From positions 1 through 40,078 of IMG/VR virus record IMGVR_UViG_3300010398_000007: a stretch of DNA of 40,078 nt. One strand, given 5' to 3'. The DNA is from a virus. Its lineage: Duplodnaviria; Caudoviricetes. Shown in pieces: positions 1 to 9,804 of the stretch. A program made the position numbers and the translations under genes. Below the pieces are notes generated by a model that had not been told where the DNA came from, made no database searches, and saw nothing but the letters and a program-made list of their open reading frames with translations. Positions within the stretch are counted from its first letter, which is position 1. The number at the start of each line of letters is the position of its first letter.

Positions 1-123
1 AGTCTTCAACCTTGGGCGCAAAGCAGACATTCACGCTGCCGATAGGGTTTACACGTGGAGAAAATCTCGTTTTTTAAAGGTAGTGTCTGTAACTCAGGTC
101 GCTTCTGTTCCGACAAAATGTAT
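1..123. repeat. Terminal direct repeat (assembly overlap of a circular or circularly permuted genome)
   Basis: 1-123 (agtcttcaac...caaaatgtat) is identical to 39956-40078, and the terminase/intein reading frame is continuous across the join. Confidence 0.97.
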
Positions 124-1453
124 TGCAGTCGATCACCCATCGCATCTCTTCTTGGTCGGAAAAACCATGATTCCGACACACAATACCGCGCAAGGCTTCA
201 ATCACTTCGAGGAGATGTGGCAGGAGGCCAAGCGCGCACGCACGCAATCGGCGGTGTTCATCGGCTGGCATCACAATGAGCTTTACCGTGTGTCGCGTGA
301 CTCGGATGCCTATCGCGTCTATTGGGGTGCGACGGGGCGGCCGACACGGTATGAGCGCGCCGCCATGCGCGATGTGCGGGCATTGTATGGGTCGGAGATT
401 GATGACTGTCAGTGGGCCTGGTATCGATGGCAGGTGAAGGAGAAGCAGGGGGATGAGCTCCTGATGAAGCAAAACTATCCGACCACCGAGATGGAGGCGT
501 TCATCGAGTCGGGCTCGGCGTTCTTCTCTGGCGCCGTGTTGACGGAGCTCATGAAGCGCTTGCGTGAGCGGCGGCGCGAGGGGGTGCTACCCGAAACGTA
601 CCGCATCGAGGTGAAGGGGGAGTTCAAGGACACGGAGGTCGTCGTTGTCAATGAGCGCTACGCGACGCTCACCGTGTGGGAGAAGACGGTCGGAGATGGA
701 GCCTATGTGATCGCTGCGGACCCGGCGTATGGATCGTCAGACTGGGGCGATCGGTTTGTGATCTCCATCTGGCGCTGCTTTGGAGACCGCATGGTGCAGG
801 CGGCTGAATTCGTCGACCATCAAATCGACACCTACGCGTTCGCGTGGATACTCGCGTACCTCGCGGGGTATTACTCATCGCCTCGTTACCCGGCAGCCGT
901 CATTCTCGAGATCAACGGCCCAGGCCAGGCGGTGATGAATGAGATCAATAATTTGAAGCGCATGCGGTTTATCTCGAGTTCCGACCCGGCGCGCGCCGAG
1001 CTCGGGAATGTCATGCGCGGCATCAACCAATTCATTTACCGGCGCGTCGACTCACTGTCGGGATCGGGATTGCTGCAATTTCAATCGACGTATCAGACGA
1101 AGAATCGGGCGATGTATACGTTTCGGGACTACGTCGCCCGCGGCATGATGGACATCAGATCCGAGGGACTCGTGCACGAGATGCGCGGCATCAAGCAGGA
1201 GGAGGGATCGGCGCCGGAGGGGTCGGGACGGGACAAGGACGACAGAGTGATGGGGGCGGCGCTTGCGGCGGTGTGTTGGGATGCGCAGGTGAGAAGCAGG
1301 CTCATCCAGCAGGGGGTGAAGTGGAGACCACCGGAAGCGGGGGCGGCGAGTACCATTCCACCGACCGGGGCGCAGAAGGCGTTGACCAATTACTTGAAGG
1401 CGGTCGGGATTAGGGCTGGGGAGTTGCAGCGCCCGGCGAAGGGGGGCGAGTGA
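2..1453 (+). CDS. terL: Terminase large subunit, 3' part (intein C-terminus plus C-extein with RNase H-like nuclease domain); continues from 38556
   Basis: In frame with the ORF starting at 38556 across the overlap. Intein end IPTHN/T at 184/185. Nuclease motifs YVIAADPAYG, LEINGPG and DKDDRVMG. Lies upstream of the portal. Confidence 0.93.
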   Translation, partial: VFNLGRKADIHAADRVYTWRKSRFLKVVSVTQVASVPTKCIAVDHPSHLFLVGKTMIPTHNTAQGFNHFEEMWQEAKRARTQSAVFIGWHHNELYRVSRDSDAYRVYWGATGRPTRYERAAMRDVRALYGSEIDDCQWAWYRWQVKEKQGDELLMKQNYPTTEMEAFIESGSAFFSGAVLTELMKRLRERRREGVLPETYRIEVKGEFKDTEVVVVNERYATLTVWEKTVGDGAYVIAADPAYGSSDWGDRFVISIWRCFGDRMVQAAEFVDHQIDTYAFAWILAYLAGYYSSPRYPAAVILEINGPGQAVMNEINNLKRMRFISSSDPARAELGNVMRGINQFIYRRVDSLSGSGLLQFQSTYQTKNRAMYTFRDYVARGMMDIRSEGLVHEMRGIKQEEGSAPEGSGRDKDDRVMGAALAAVCWDAQVRSRLIQQGVKWRPPEAGAASTIPPTGAQKALTNYLKAVGIRAGELQRPAKGGE

Positions 1454-1857
1454 GACCGATTGAGATCAGAGAGACGATCTTGCGTCTGCTCGCTGAGCCT
1501 GCCTTGTTGTGGTCTGAGCATCCATTATGTTTGGCGCATGCATTGGGATACGAGCTCGCATCCGTGTTCACCGATCCGGATGCTAAGTGGCGGACGCTCA
1601 AGCTCAATCGCCGTGAGCAGCAGCGGGTGTCGCTGCGCCTGTCGATGATCGTCAATGGCGAGATCCGCCCCATGCCGTTCAAGCGCGTGATTCCGGGTGG
1701 ATTCAATGATAGCGGGGCCTATCCAGATCGGTACGTGATTGACTGGCGACCATCGCTAGCCGATGATCGCTGGCGATGCGCGTTTGTGAAGCTTTGGGCT
1801 CGCCGTCGGTTTGCGGTCAAGCTCACGCCGTCGGGGTTTCACGTGGAGCACTGCTAG
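1450..1857 (+). CDS. Hypothetical phage protein
   Basis: 135-aa ORF coupled to the terL stop by a GTGA overlap. Confidence 0.6.
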   Translation: MRPIEIRETILRLLAEPALLWSEHPLCLAHALGYELASVFTDPDAKWRTLKLNRREQQRVSLRLSMIVNGEIRPMPFKRVIPGGFNDSGAYPDRYVIDWRPSLADDRWRCAFVKLWARRRFAVKLTPSGFHVEHC

Positions 1858-1860
1858 TCC

Positions 1861-2430
1861 ATGGCAATTACGAAAGAATGGGAATGCGCCGCGCACGGGG
1901 AATTTGAGAGCGCGGATGGCGCTTGTCCTTACGGTTGTAAGGGTACGGCGCGCCGGGTCATCTTGACCGCTCCTGGGTTTAAGTCGCGCCGAACTTCTAA
2001 TGCCGATGAGGTGCAAAAACACATCGCGCACACCATGGGCGTCAATAACTACAGCAACCGCAATGGTTCTGTGGCATCGTCGACTCGCCTGCGGCATTTG
2101 ACTCCGGAGCAGCAGAAGGCTAAGTCCGAGCTCGAGGGCTATGAGCGCCAGTATGTGGCGGAGAAGGGCGGCACCGGAAACTGGAATGGCCGCATGCGGT
2201 TTAATAATGGCGAGGGCGTGCTTGCGGGGAAGGAGGTGCCAGCGGGGCCGATTTCAATCGCCATGCCGAATACGGGACACGACGCGCAGGGCCGACCGAC
2301 CTTCAATCGTGCGGCGCTTCCGCCTGCGATGGCGGGGACGTCGGGGAATAACATTGGGAAACTACCAAGTCCGCGTGCTCTGACGCGCACGTTCAATCGA
2401 CCGGATGATCCGATGGGGCATAAGGAATGA
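1861..2430 (+). CDS. Hypothetical protein with N-terminal zinc ribbon (FmdB-like)
   Basis: WECAAHGEFE...CPYGC...RVILTAP pattern; ATGA overlap with the portal. Confidence 0.6.
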   Translation: MAITKEWECAAHGEFESADGACPYGCKGTARRVILTAPGFKSRRTSNADEVQKHIAHTMGVNNYSNRNGSVASSTRLRHLTPEQQKAKSELEGYERQYVAEKGGTGNWNGRMRFNNGEGVLAGKEVPAGPISIAMPNTGHDAQGRPTFNRAALPPAMAGTSGNNIGKLPSPRALTRTFNRPDDPMGHKE

Positions 2431-4136
2431 AAATTCCGAGCGATCCAGTCTTGCGCCAGACCTTTTTCGACGACGTCGAGCGCGTGTGCTTTGCATCGCG
2501 TCAGGAGCGCATCGCGTTTTACTTAAAGATGCGCCAGGTGTACTTGCTTGGCATCGACGATGTCACGACGACGGAGTCGGAGAAGTACCGCAAGATTTTC
2601 GCGCACATCGATGCGGTGAAGTCGTTTTTGTACGCGCAGGAAACGACGAAATTCGCGATTCAGTTGGGCGCGAGCGCGGAGCCGATTCACTCCAAGCGCT
2701 CCGATCGCATGTTGCAAATTTTGCAGGACGACTGGCACGACACCGACACGGATTTGATCTTCGGTGAGGCGGTGCGTTGGTCGCTGGTCTATGGAGCCAT
2801 GATCGGCAAGTCCGACTGGCGGCGCAATTGCCCGAATTTAAAGCTCATCGAGCCGCATCACTTTGGCGTGTATCGCGAGGATGTGATGTCGATCCACGAG
2901 CAGGAAGCCATGGGCCATAAATTTCAGATGACGGTGAGCGAGGCGACTGCACGTCTTGCGTCACATCCGATGGCGAAGGAGATTCTCTCTCGCGCGACGC
3001 TCTGCCCGCGGGTGCGCTCAACCGAGGAGTCTGGTCAATCGAACATCGTTGTGTCGCAAGTCAATCCAATTGTCGGGAATGTGAATATCGATCTCTCGCA
3101 GGGGAATAAGTACCTGCCCATCGTGCCGCAGGACTTCTACGAGGGCACGGAGCTTTGGATTTACGACGATGAGATCGCGGGCTTCCGTGTAGTCACCATG
3201 CTCGACCCTGGGGTACTCGTGTACGACCGTCCGGCGCACGATAAGAGCACCGATAAGCGCATGTACATGGACGGTGAGCACCCATTCACGCCGATCCGTC
3301 CCCGTCCCATGCATAACTATTTCTTCGGGCAATCGGAAGTCGAGATGCTCTTGAGCATGCAGAAGAAATACAACGAGGAGATCGAGAGAACGGAGAAGCG
3401 ATTGCGCCGCGCGGCGAATCCACCGAAGTCGGCCATTGGATTTACGTTCGATAGTAACGAGCTTGCCGATGCCTGGGATTTGAAGGGTGGAATTGTAACG
3501 AGCGACACGCCCGGATCGTCGATGACCATCCACGAGACCGAGCAGCCGACCAATGTGGGCGAGTGGCGGCATGAGCTCGATCAGATGTTTGATGAGCTCT
3601 CTGGGCTACCGCCTGCAATGCGTGGGTTAGGGACACCCGGAGTGCGCTCCGATGTGCATAACCGCTCGGTAGTGCAGGTGGGTGGGTCGCGGGTGAAGAA
3701 TCGCGCACTTTTGATTGAAGACAGTCTCGATGACCTCGCCACCAAGCTCGTCAATTTGCGCCGCATGTTCGATAAGAAGAACTACGTCGACAAGGACGGC
3801 GAGCACTTCTTGTGCGCGCAATTCACCGAGGATTTCACGGCGAAAGTCGATGCGCATAGCAACAGTCCCGTATTCGTCGAGGATCAAAAGGACGTGGCCG
3901 ATCGGGCCTTCAAAGCCAAAGCCATTACCCGTGAGCGGTATCTTGAGATGATCGGGGCGCCAAACCTCCCTGTTCTCAAGCAGGAACTGCGTGATATTAT
4001 CGAGCCGGGTGAAGCGCGCGCCGCTCAAGCTCGTGAGCAACAAGAGAATGCAAAGCTCTTGATGCAAGCGGGCAAAGGCGGCGGCGATCCATCCAAAGTC
4101 TCTGCGCTGCTTCGTACCGCTCGCAGCACAGGGTAG
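2427..4136 (+). CDS. Portal protein (P22-like size and position)
   Basis: 569 aa between terminase and capsid. HPFTPIRPRP...YFFGQSEVEML and ELDQMFDELSGLP segments resemble podovirus portals. Confidence 0.8.
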   Translation: MKIPSDPVLRQTFFDDVERVCFASRQERIAFYLKMRQVYLLGIDDVTTTESEKYRKIFAHIDAVKSFLYAQETTKFAIQLGASAEPIHSKRSDRMLQILQDDWHDTDTDLIFGEAVRWSLVYGAMIGKSDWRRNCPNLKLIEPHHFGVYREDVMSIHEQEAMGHKFQMTVSEATARLASHPMAKEILSRATLCPRVRSTEESGQSNIVVSQVNPIVGNVNIDLSQGNKYLPIVPQDFYEGTELWIYDDEIAGFRVVTMLDPGVLVYDRPAHDKSTDKRMYMDGEHPFTPIRPRPMHNYFFGQSEVEMLLSMQKKYNEEIERTEKRLRRAANPPKSAIGFTFDSNELADAWDLKGGIVTSDTPGSSMTIHETEQPTNVGEWRHELDQMFDELSGLPPAMRGLGTPGVRSDVHNRSVVQVGGSRVKNRALLIEDSLDDLATKLVNLRRMFDKKNYVDKDGEHFLCAQFTEDFTAKVDAHSNSPVFVEDQKDVADRAFKAKAITRERYLEMIGAPNLPVLKQELRDIIEPGEARAAQAREQQENAKLLMQAGKGGGDPSKVSALLRTARSTG

Positions 4137-4166
4137 ATAGGGGAACGCAAATCGGAGAGTACCGCC

Positions 4167-4211
4167 ATGGCAAGACGTGGACGTCGGGGACGTAAGAGTC
4201 GTCGTCGATAA
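4167..4211 (+). CDS. Arg-rich 14-aa micro-protein MARRGRRGRKSRRR
   Basis: ATG 4167, TAA 4209-4211, GGAGAG Shine-Dalgarno just upstream; 9 of 14 residues basic; followed by a terminator. Confidence 0.7.
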   Translation: MARRGRRGRKSRRR

Positions 4212-4224
4212 GACGCGATACCCC

Positions 4225-4250
4225 AAGAGCCGCCTTCGGGCGGCTCTTTT
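4225..4250 (+). terminator. Rho-independent terminator
   Basis: AAGAGCCGCC-TTCG-GGCGGCTCTT-TT: perfect stem, UUCG tetraloop, T tail. Confidence 0.9.
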
Positions 4251-4265
4251 CGTTGTAGCGAGACC

Positions 4266-4294
4266 TTGACACTGTTGTATTTTCGCCGCATTCT
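4266..4294 (+). promoter_or_regulatory. Sigma70-like promoter for the head operon
   Basis: TTGACA (4266-71), 17-bp spacer, CATTCT (4289-94); directly after the terminator, with the ATG at 4304. Confidence 0.55.
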
Positions 4295-4303
4295 CGCGCG
4301 CGA

Positions 4304-4684
4304 ATGGCTGCAACCGCACAAGACGTCAAGGCAACTCTTCCCGCGCAACAAGCTGGTGGATCACCATCGCCCGCAGCAATGACGACGCCGCAAAAGGCGA
4401 GTGGGATGAAGGAGCAGGCGCTCGTGAAGGTGCGCATGGCCGTCAAAACACTCGAGCGCGCACTCCCAGAATTTGGCTACGAGACCGAGGAAGGCAAAGC
4501 CATCCTCGACATCTTGCAAAAGTGCGCGAAGACCTTCGGAAAAACGGAAGACAAGACTGATGAAGTGATGCCAGGGGAAATCAAACAGCTCCAGCAGGCG
4601 GTCGCTCCGTCGTACGGTAAGCAACCCGCGCCGAGCGGTGGCGGCGGACCACCGCAAGTTCCGATGCCGCAGATTCCGCAGTAG
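4304..4684 (+). CDS. Head-module hypothetical protein
   Basis: 126 aa with Pro/Gln-rich ends and a helical core; between portal and capsid. Confidence 0.7.
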   Translation: MAATAQDVKATLPAQQAGGSPSPAAMTTPQKASGMKEQALVKVRMAVKTLERALPEFGYETEEGKAILDILQKCAKTFGKTEDKTDEVMPGEIKQLQQAVAPSYGKQPAPSGGGGPPQVPMPQIPQ

Positions 4685-4693
4685 GAGATTCGT

Positions 4694-4894
4694 ATGTCAG
4701 GTGGTAATCGTTTTTTAGCTCCTCGTGGCAACACCCGTCCACGCGATCCGCTGTCGAATGCGCAGCAGGATGGAGTGGTGAAGTCCCCGCCGCGCTACGC
4801 CGATCGCTTGGGCGGTCTCACAAGCGCCAAAGCCAATGGCGGGTTCGGCAAGAACCAGTACTCCATTCGTAAGCCCGGCAACACGGCGGGGTAA
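4694..4894 (+). CDS. Small basic head-module protein
   Basis: 66 aa, AGGAG RBS. Confidence 0.65.
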   Translation: MSGGNRFLAPRGNTRPRDPLSNAQQDGVVKSPPRYADRLGGLTSAKANGGFGKNQYSIRKPGNTAG

Positions 4895-4899
4895 CTCAC

Positions 4900-5448
4900 A
4901 TGCCAGCCGTTGAAGATCTCTCGGAAGATGAACGCCTGCGTTACGCGCGCATCTCGCATGCGGCCTTGACGAGCGATGATCCGAAAATCAGAAAGCAAGC
5001 CAAGCAGCTCATCAAATCATTGAACCCGAAGTTTCAAGACCCTGAGCTCGCCGGAGATGAACTGCGCGCGCAGATCGAGAAGGATGTCGTTGAGCCATTG
5101 CGTGCCGACATCAAGAAGTTGACGGACGGGATTGCTGAACGCGCGGTCAACGATCAGTGGGAAAAAGACAGATCGCGGATCGAGGCGACCGGCATCAAGT
5201 TCGAGGACGTTAAAAAGGTTATGGTCGACAAAAAAATTGCCGACCCGGATACCGCGGCGGAATTTTTGCGCATGCAAAATACGCTCGCGACTCCGACGAC
5301 CACAGCGATCGTCCCACAGGAACTCAAGCCCGACGTCAAGAAGCTCGTCGGCAATCAAACTGCACTTCGCGACTATCAAAAGAATCGGTTACGAAGCGCA
5401 GTGGATGAAGTTGTTCGGGCGCGCACCTCGGGTGCGCCACTGCAATAA
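4900..5448 (+). CDS. Putative capsid scaffolding protein
   Basis: 182-aa charged helical protein immediately upstream of the major capsid gene. Confidence 0.55.
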   Translation: MPAVEDLSEDERLRYARISHAALTSDDPKIRKQAKQLIKSLNPKFQDPELAGDELRAQIEKDVVEPLRADIKKLTDGIAERAVNDQWEKDRSRIEATGIKFEDVKKVMVDKKIADPDTAAEFLRMQNTLATPTTTAIVPQELKPDVKKLVGNQTALRDYQKNRLRSAVDEVVRARTSGAPLQ

Positions 5449-5470
5449 ACCAACATAGCGGAGAATCGTC

Positions 5471-6484
5471 ATGCCACTTTTCGGTAGCGGAATTGTCCCG
5501 GGAGCAGGCGCCACAGCGTCCGAGCTATCGTTTGTGACACGACGCGCGTTCTTGGACACGATCACGGTCCAGACGTACAACACAACTCCAGCACTCGCGG
5601 CGCTCCTTGCAACCTCGCAAGTTGCCACCGGTGGCGTGTCCTCGGTCACGGCTCCCGTGCAAGGATTACCGTTTGTGACGACCAGTACCATGGACTACTC
5701 CGGTACGTTCGCGCAGCCGACGAATCCGCAAGGCGCATTCAATGCCGAGTTTAATTTGACCGGCACCGTGACGCCGATTCAGTTTTTAGGGATGGAGGGC
5801 ATCCTTCAACTCAATCACGCCGTCATTCCCCTCATCGATGCGCGCCTCGTCGACTCGACCAATAATCAAGCCGACTTCATGGCGACGATGCTCTTTAACA
5901 ACACCTCGAACCAGCAGCAGTGGATCGGGTTGCCTGGTGCCGCGGACGACGGCACGAATCTCGTCACCTATGGCGGTCTCTCGCGCACCACAAATCCATG
6001 GTGGCAGGGCAAGGTCTACGCGGCCGGCTCGGTTCCTCCGACGCGCAAGCTCGTCTCGCAATACATTGTGGGCGTGACGAAGTCGGGCGCCGAAATGCCG
6101 ACCTTGGGTCTCATGGGTCCGGGCACCTGGCAGTACTTGGTTGAGGACTACATCGGTGCCGAGCAATTCTTCCACAGGCCCGGTGACTCAGGATTCGAGG
6201 ACACCGAAGGCGGCGGCAAGGCGGGGTTCTCCGCGCTCATGGTCGCGGGCGTGCCGATCTACATGGACCCGTACTGCCCCGAGGGGCTCCTGTACCTATT
6301 GAACACGAACTACCTGAACCTCTACGTGCACGAGTCCGCCTCGTTCGCGTTCTCTGGATTCGAGAGCCTCATGTCTAACTTCGTGTTGGGCTACGTCGCC
6401 GTGCTCTTAACGGTTGCACAGCTTGTCTGTGTGAAGCCAAAGAGTCAGGGACGCGTGAGCGGATTCTCGAGCCGCACGGTTTAA
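5471..6484 (+). CDS. Major capsid protein
   Basis: 337 aa, GGAG RBS. C-terminal GFSALMVAGVPIYMDPYCPEGLLYLLNTNYL is typical of HK97-fold capsids. Position in the head module fits. Confidence 0.85.
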   Translation: MPLFGSGIVPGAGATASELSFVTRRAFLDTITVQTYNTTPALAALLATSQVATGGVSSVTAPVQGLPFVTTSTMDYSGTFAQPTNPQGAFNAEFNLTGTVTPIQFLGMEGILQLNHAVIPLIDARLVDSTNNQADFMATMLFNNTSNQQQWIGLPGAADDGTNLVTYGGLSRTTNPWWQGKVYAAGSVPPTRKLVSQYIVGVTKSGAEMPTLGLMGPGTWQYLVEDYIGAEQFFHRPGDSGFEDTEGGGKAGFSALMVAGVPIYMDPYCPEGLLYLLNTNYLNLYVHESASFAFSGFESLMSNFVLGYVAVLLTVAQLVCVKPKSQGRVSGFSSRTV

Positions 6485-6513
6485 TTTGGACACGGTTTAA
6501 TTCGGAGAGCCTC

Positions 6514-7167
6514 ATGTCAACGCAGAAAATTCCGGTCCCAGGGCTCGTCTACAACGGCTCGTTACCGATCATCACAAGCCCGGGACCGAGTGCTTCATTG
6601 GGTACCGCGAACGAGTGGGCAATCTCGACCGTGCAGATCGCCTTGGGCGCTGGCGGCCTGCTCACGTTCTCAAACAACATCGCGACACTGACGTTCAATG
6701 CCGCGCACGGCATTGTGAAGTCCGTCATCAATGGGCAGAACTACTTCACCATGCCCTCGCAGAATGTTGCGTCTCCATATTTTCAGATCAGCGGCGCGAC
6801 TGGCGTGACCGCCGTCAATGGCGTGACGTGGACCATCCTCGATGTGCCGACCACAACGACGCTCACTTTCTTCACGACCTTGACTGGGGCGGCAGTTGTT
6901 ACTGCGGCGAACTTCAATCCGGTGTATGCGCTCCTACCAGGAGACTACGATTACCTGCTTGGAGCCAATGCCGTCATTCAGTACAACCCGGATGGCACAG
7001 GCATTCCGCAAAACCAATTCATCAACCCATCGGTCACCGGTGCGACGTTCCGGTCTCTTGCGGCGGTGTCGACCTCCGGACAGTTTTGGTTTGATGGCGT
7101 CGGACAAAAGATCGTGCTCTGCAATAACGGCAGCGCCGGTACCAGCCGCTTCAGTCAGATCACTTGA
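6514..7167 (+). CDS. Virion structural protein (possible capsid decoration)
   Basis: 217 aa, Thr/Gly/Asn-rich beta character; directly after the capsid gene. Confidence 0.6.
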   Translation: MSTQKIPVPGLVYNGSLPIITSPGPSASLGTANEWAISTVQIALGAGGLLTFSNNIATLTFNAAHGIVKSVINGQNYFTMPSQNVASPYFQISGATGVTAVNGVTWTILDVPTTTTLTFFTTLTGAAVVTAANFNPVYALLPGDYDYLLGANAVIQYNPDGTGIPQNQFINPSVTGATFRSLAAVSTSGQFWFDGVGQKIVLCNNGSAGTSRFSQIT

Positions 7168-7176
7168 GGATTTCGC

Positions 7177-7563
7177 ATGCAGACGGTGGCACATGGCGTA
7201 CGCGTGACCTATAAGGGCGAGGCGCCTTTCGTGGGTCGATTCGACGGCGATGATTACGAGTTCGACAAAGGAACTTCGCACATCATGTCTACCGATGCCG
7301 CGGCGCATATTTTTGGTTACGGCGCGGACCGGGAAGGGAAGGTCAAGTCTTTTGCTCGCAACGGTTGGATGCGAGATAGCGAGCAATTCAAGGCGGCGCA
7401 AGCTCGCCTTGCTGACTTTCAATTCGCCGAGGTGTCGGCCTCTTTCCAAGATCCCATTGAGCTTATTAGCGACGCGGGTTCCCCCGTCAAAGCTGATGAC
7501 GGCGAGGAGGACGATGAGTCCTCCGATCCGCCGATTGACAAGCCGCTTCACGACATCATCTAG
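7177..7563 (+). CDS. Hypothetical structural-module protein
   Basis: 128 aa, GAGG RBS, acidic C-terminus. Confidence 0.65.
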   Translation: MQTVAHGVRVTYKGEAPFVGRFDGDDYEFDKGTSHIMSTDAAAHIFGYGADREGKVKSFARNGWMRDSEQFKAAQARLADFQFAEVSASFQDPIELISDAGSPVKADDGEEDDESSDPPIDKPLHDII

Positions 7564-7571
7564 GAGAGTAG

Positions 7572-8228
7572 GTGGGTGCGCTTTCCAACTACATCACCTC
7601 GACGCAGTATCACCTCCACGATTCGAGTTTTCGATTTTGGAGCCAGACGCAGCTAACGCAGTGGATCAACGAGGCCCGCAATAAAGTCGCGGGCGACACG
7701 CTCTGCCTTCGCCAGCTCATGACAGGCATCACGCTGCCCCAGGGGACTGAGCAATACCAAGTACAAGCGACGACGCAAGCGGCGGCGAATTACCCGGTCG
7801 GATCGACCACCGTGCAAGTCATGGGGATTACGGTCTATTGGAATACGCTTCGCATCAAGCTCTACGATTGGAGTTTTACGAAGCTCGATGCGTGGACGCG
7901 TTCCTTGCAGCAATTCCAGCAAACTCCGTTCGCGTTCGCGCGCATGGGCGTCCTTGCGGTGTATATCGCTCCCGTGCCGCAGCAGGCGTACACAAGCGAT
8001 TGGGAGTGCGCGATCACACCGCAACCGCTCGTGTCGGATTCAACGACGGAAGTGCTCGTGCAGCCCTTCACTGAGGCTGTGCCGTACTACGCGGCGTACA
8101 AGGCGAAAATCAATCAGCAGCAGTTAGGCGAGGCAGAGTACTTCATGAGGCTCTACATGCGTGAGGTGAAGGTTGCGAATCGCACTTTCATCACGCGTGT
8201 GATTCCAAGTGCCTACGATGTGGATTGA
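7572..8228 (+). CDS. Putative head-to-tail adaptor
   Basis: 218 aa. FWSQTQLTQWINEA and EAVPYYAAYKAK patterns and position before the nozzle match podovirus adaptors. Confidence 0.65.
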   Translation: MGALSNYITSTQYHLHDSSFRFWSQTQLTQWINEARNKVAGDTLCLRQLMTGITLPQGTEQYQVQATTQAAANYPVGSTTVQVMGITVYWNTLRIKLYDWSFTKLDAWTRSLQQFQQTPFAFARMGVLAVYIAPVPQQAYTSDWECAITPQPLVSDSTTEVLVQPFTEAVPYYAAYKAKINQQQLGEAEYFMRLYMREVKVANRTFITRVIPSAYDVD

Positions 8229-8230
8229 CC

Positions 8231-9802
8231 ATGTCAGGCCCGACACAATTTTTATTGCCTAAAGATCCCGCGCAAGCGCAGCCTGAGCGCCCGCGCAACT
8301 GGAAACACTTTCGCGAATTCAAAGGAATGAATACCGCCTCCGATCGCACCTCAATCCCACAGGATAATTTTTTCTACCTTGAGAATTTGCAACCGATCGG
8401 TGCCGCGAATGCCCACACGTTGCCCGGCATCTCTGCCGCCATCATCGACTACGGCGGTGACACCATCTACCACCGGCGCTCAGTGAATCTTGGCAACACC
8501 GAGTACATCATTCTCTTCGCCACCAACGGAAAAGTATTTGCGTTCAACGTGCAGGCCGGAACGAGCGCTCGTATCGACGGCGGCACGCTACTCTCTGGAT
8601 CCAATAGCCGCTGCGATCAGTGGAAGAATTCGCAAATTCTCTTCATTGACTCGACTGGCTACTACCATTGGGACGGCGCGACATTCGCGATCATCACCGG
8701 CGCTGGCGTTCCAAGTAGCGGCGATGACATTGCGGTCTATGCAAATCGTGTGTGGATTGTGCAGGGCCGCGTGCTGACTATTTCGATCGTCGATGACTAC
8801 ACCGCTGCGGCCTTTGTGGTTGCAAGCGGCGCTAGTAGCGTCAACCTCACCGACCCGACATTGCGCTCCAAGGTCACACGACTCTTTGCCGCCAATGGCT
8901 ATCTCTACTTTTGGGGCATCTCAAGTATCAACGTCATCTCTGATGTGCGTATTCCAAGCGGTGCGAGCCCTCCGGCACCGGTGTTCACGAATTTAAATAT
9001 CCACGCGATTGTCGGCACCGATCAGCCGCTCTCGGTGTTCGTGTGGGGGCGTTCGCTCATGTTCGCGACGCGCTACGGAGTTTATAAGCTCGACGGCACG
9101 AATGCGGTTCGTGTTTCTGCCGACATCGACGGCACGTGGCAGAATCTCGACTTCACGCAGGGCATCTCGGGCGGCAGCGTGCAGCTCAATAACATTCTCT
9201 GCGCCGCGTTCTGTATCAAGTGGAATGATACGAGCCCCACGCAAGGCCCTAATTTGGGGCTTCGCACCGTGCTCGCTATCTTTTTCGATGGCAAATGGTT
9301 TTTTGGAAACATGGGAACGGCCGTAACGTTTATCGAGTGGGCGCTCTTTAGCGCCTCGCCGACGATGTACGGCATGATCGGCAATAAGCTCTACAAGTTC
9401 TTCAGCGACACGACGACGCACGCCGCGACGATTTGGAAGACGGCTCTTTGGCCCATGGAGGACTCGCTGCTCGATAAGGAGGTGTTCGCCGCAGCGATCG
9501 AGTACGTATCCCTAAATCCAAGTGGAACACTGACGGCGACGATAGACAGCCAGGCAACACAGGCGACGCTCAATGCAACGCCGAACGCGGCCATCGTTTT
9601 CATCAACAATATTGGCGGCGTGATCCAGTTCGTGAACAACTTGAATCAAGCAATCAACTTTGTGGTCTCCGGGTATATCCTAAATCCAGGAGACGCGAGC
9701 GCCTTTGGTAAGTATGTCGGACTCACCGTCCAAACTACCGCGGGACTTGCCTATCAGCTCGTTGCCGCTCACATTGAATACAAGCTCGGACCGAGGTACT
9801 AA
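8231..9802 (+). CDS. Putative tail nozzle / DNA stabilisation protein (P22 gp10-like)
   Basis: About 523 aa, beta-propeller-like, FKGMNT...LENLQP N-terminal motif, follows the adaptor. Confidence 0.7.
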   Translation: MSGPTQFLLPKDPAQAQPERPRNWKHFREFKGMNTASDRTSIPQDNFFYLENLQPIGAANAHTLPGISAAIIDYGGDTIYHRRSVNLGNTEYIILFATNGKVFAFNVQAGTSARIDGGTLLSGSNSRCDQWKNSQILFIDSTGYYHWDGATFAIITGAGVPSSGDDIAVYANRVWIVQGRVLTISIVDDYTAAAFVVASGASSVNLTDPTLRSKVTRLFAANGYLYFWGISSINVISDVRIPSGASPPAPVFTNLNIHAIVGTDQPLSVFVWGRSLMFATRYGVYKLDGTNAVRVSADIDGTWQNLDFTQGISGGSVQLNNILCAAFCIKWNDTSPTQGPNLGLRTVLAIFFDGKWFFGNMGTAVTFIEWALFSASPTMYGMIGNKLYKFFSDTTTHAATIWKTALWPMEDSLLDKEVFAAAIEYVSLNPSGTLTATIDSQATQATLNATPNAAIVFINNIGGVIQFVNNLNQAINFVVSGYILNPGDASAFGKYVGLTVQTTAGLAYQLVAAHIEYKLGPRY

Positions 9803-9804
9803 CC

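Noticed and set aside
1-123. 123-bp terminal repeat as a biological DTR
   Set aside because: It falls in the middle of the intein coding sequence, so an assembler circularisation overlap is the simpler explanation.
83-1453. 456-aa ORF as a complete gene or as half of a split intein
   Set aside because: It is in frame with the ORF from 38556 across the circular join, so the intein is contiguous.
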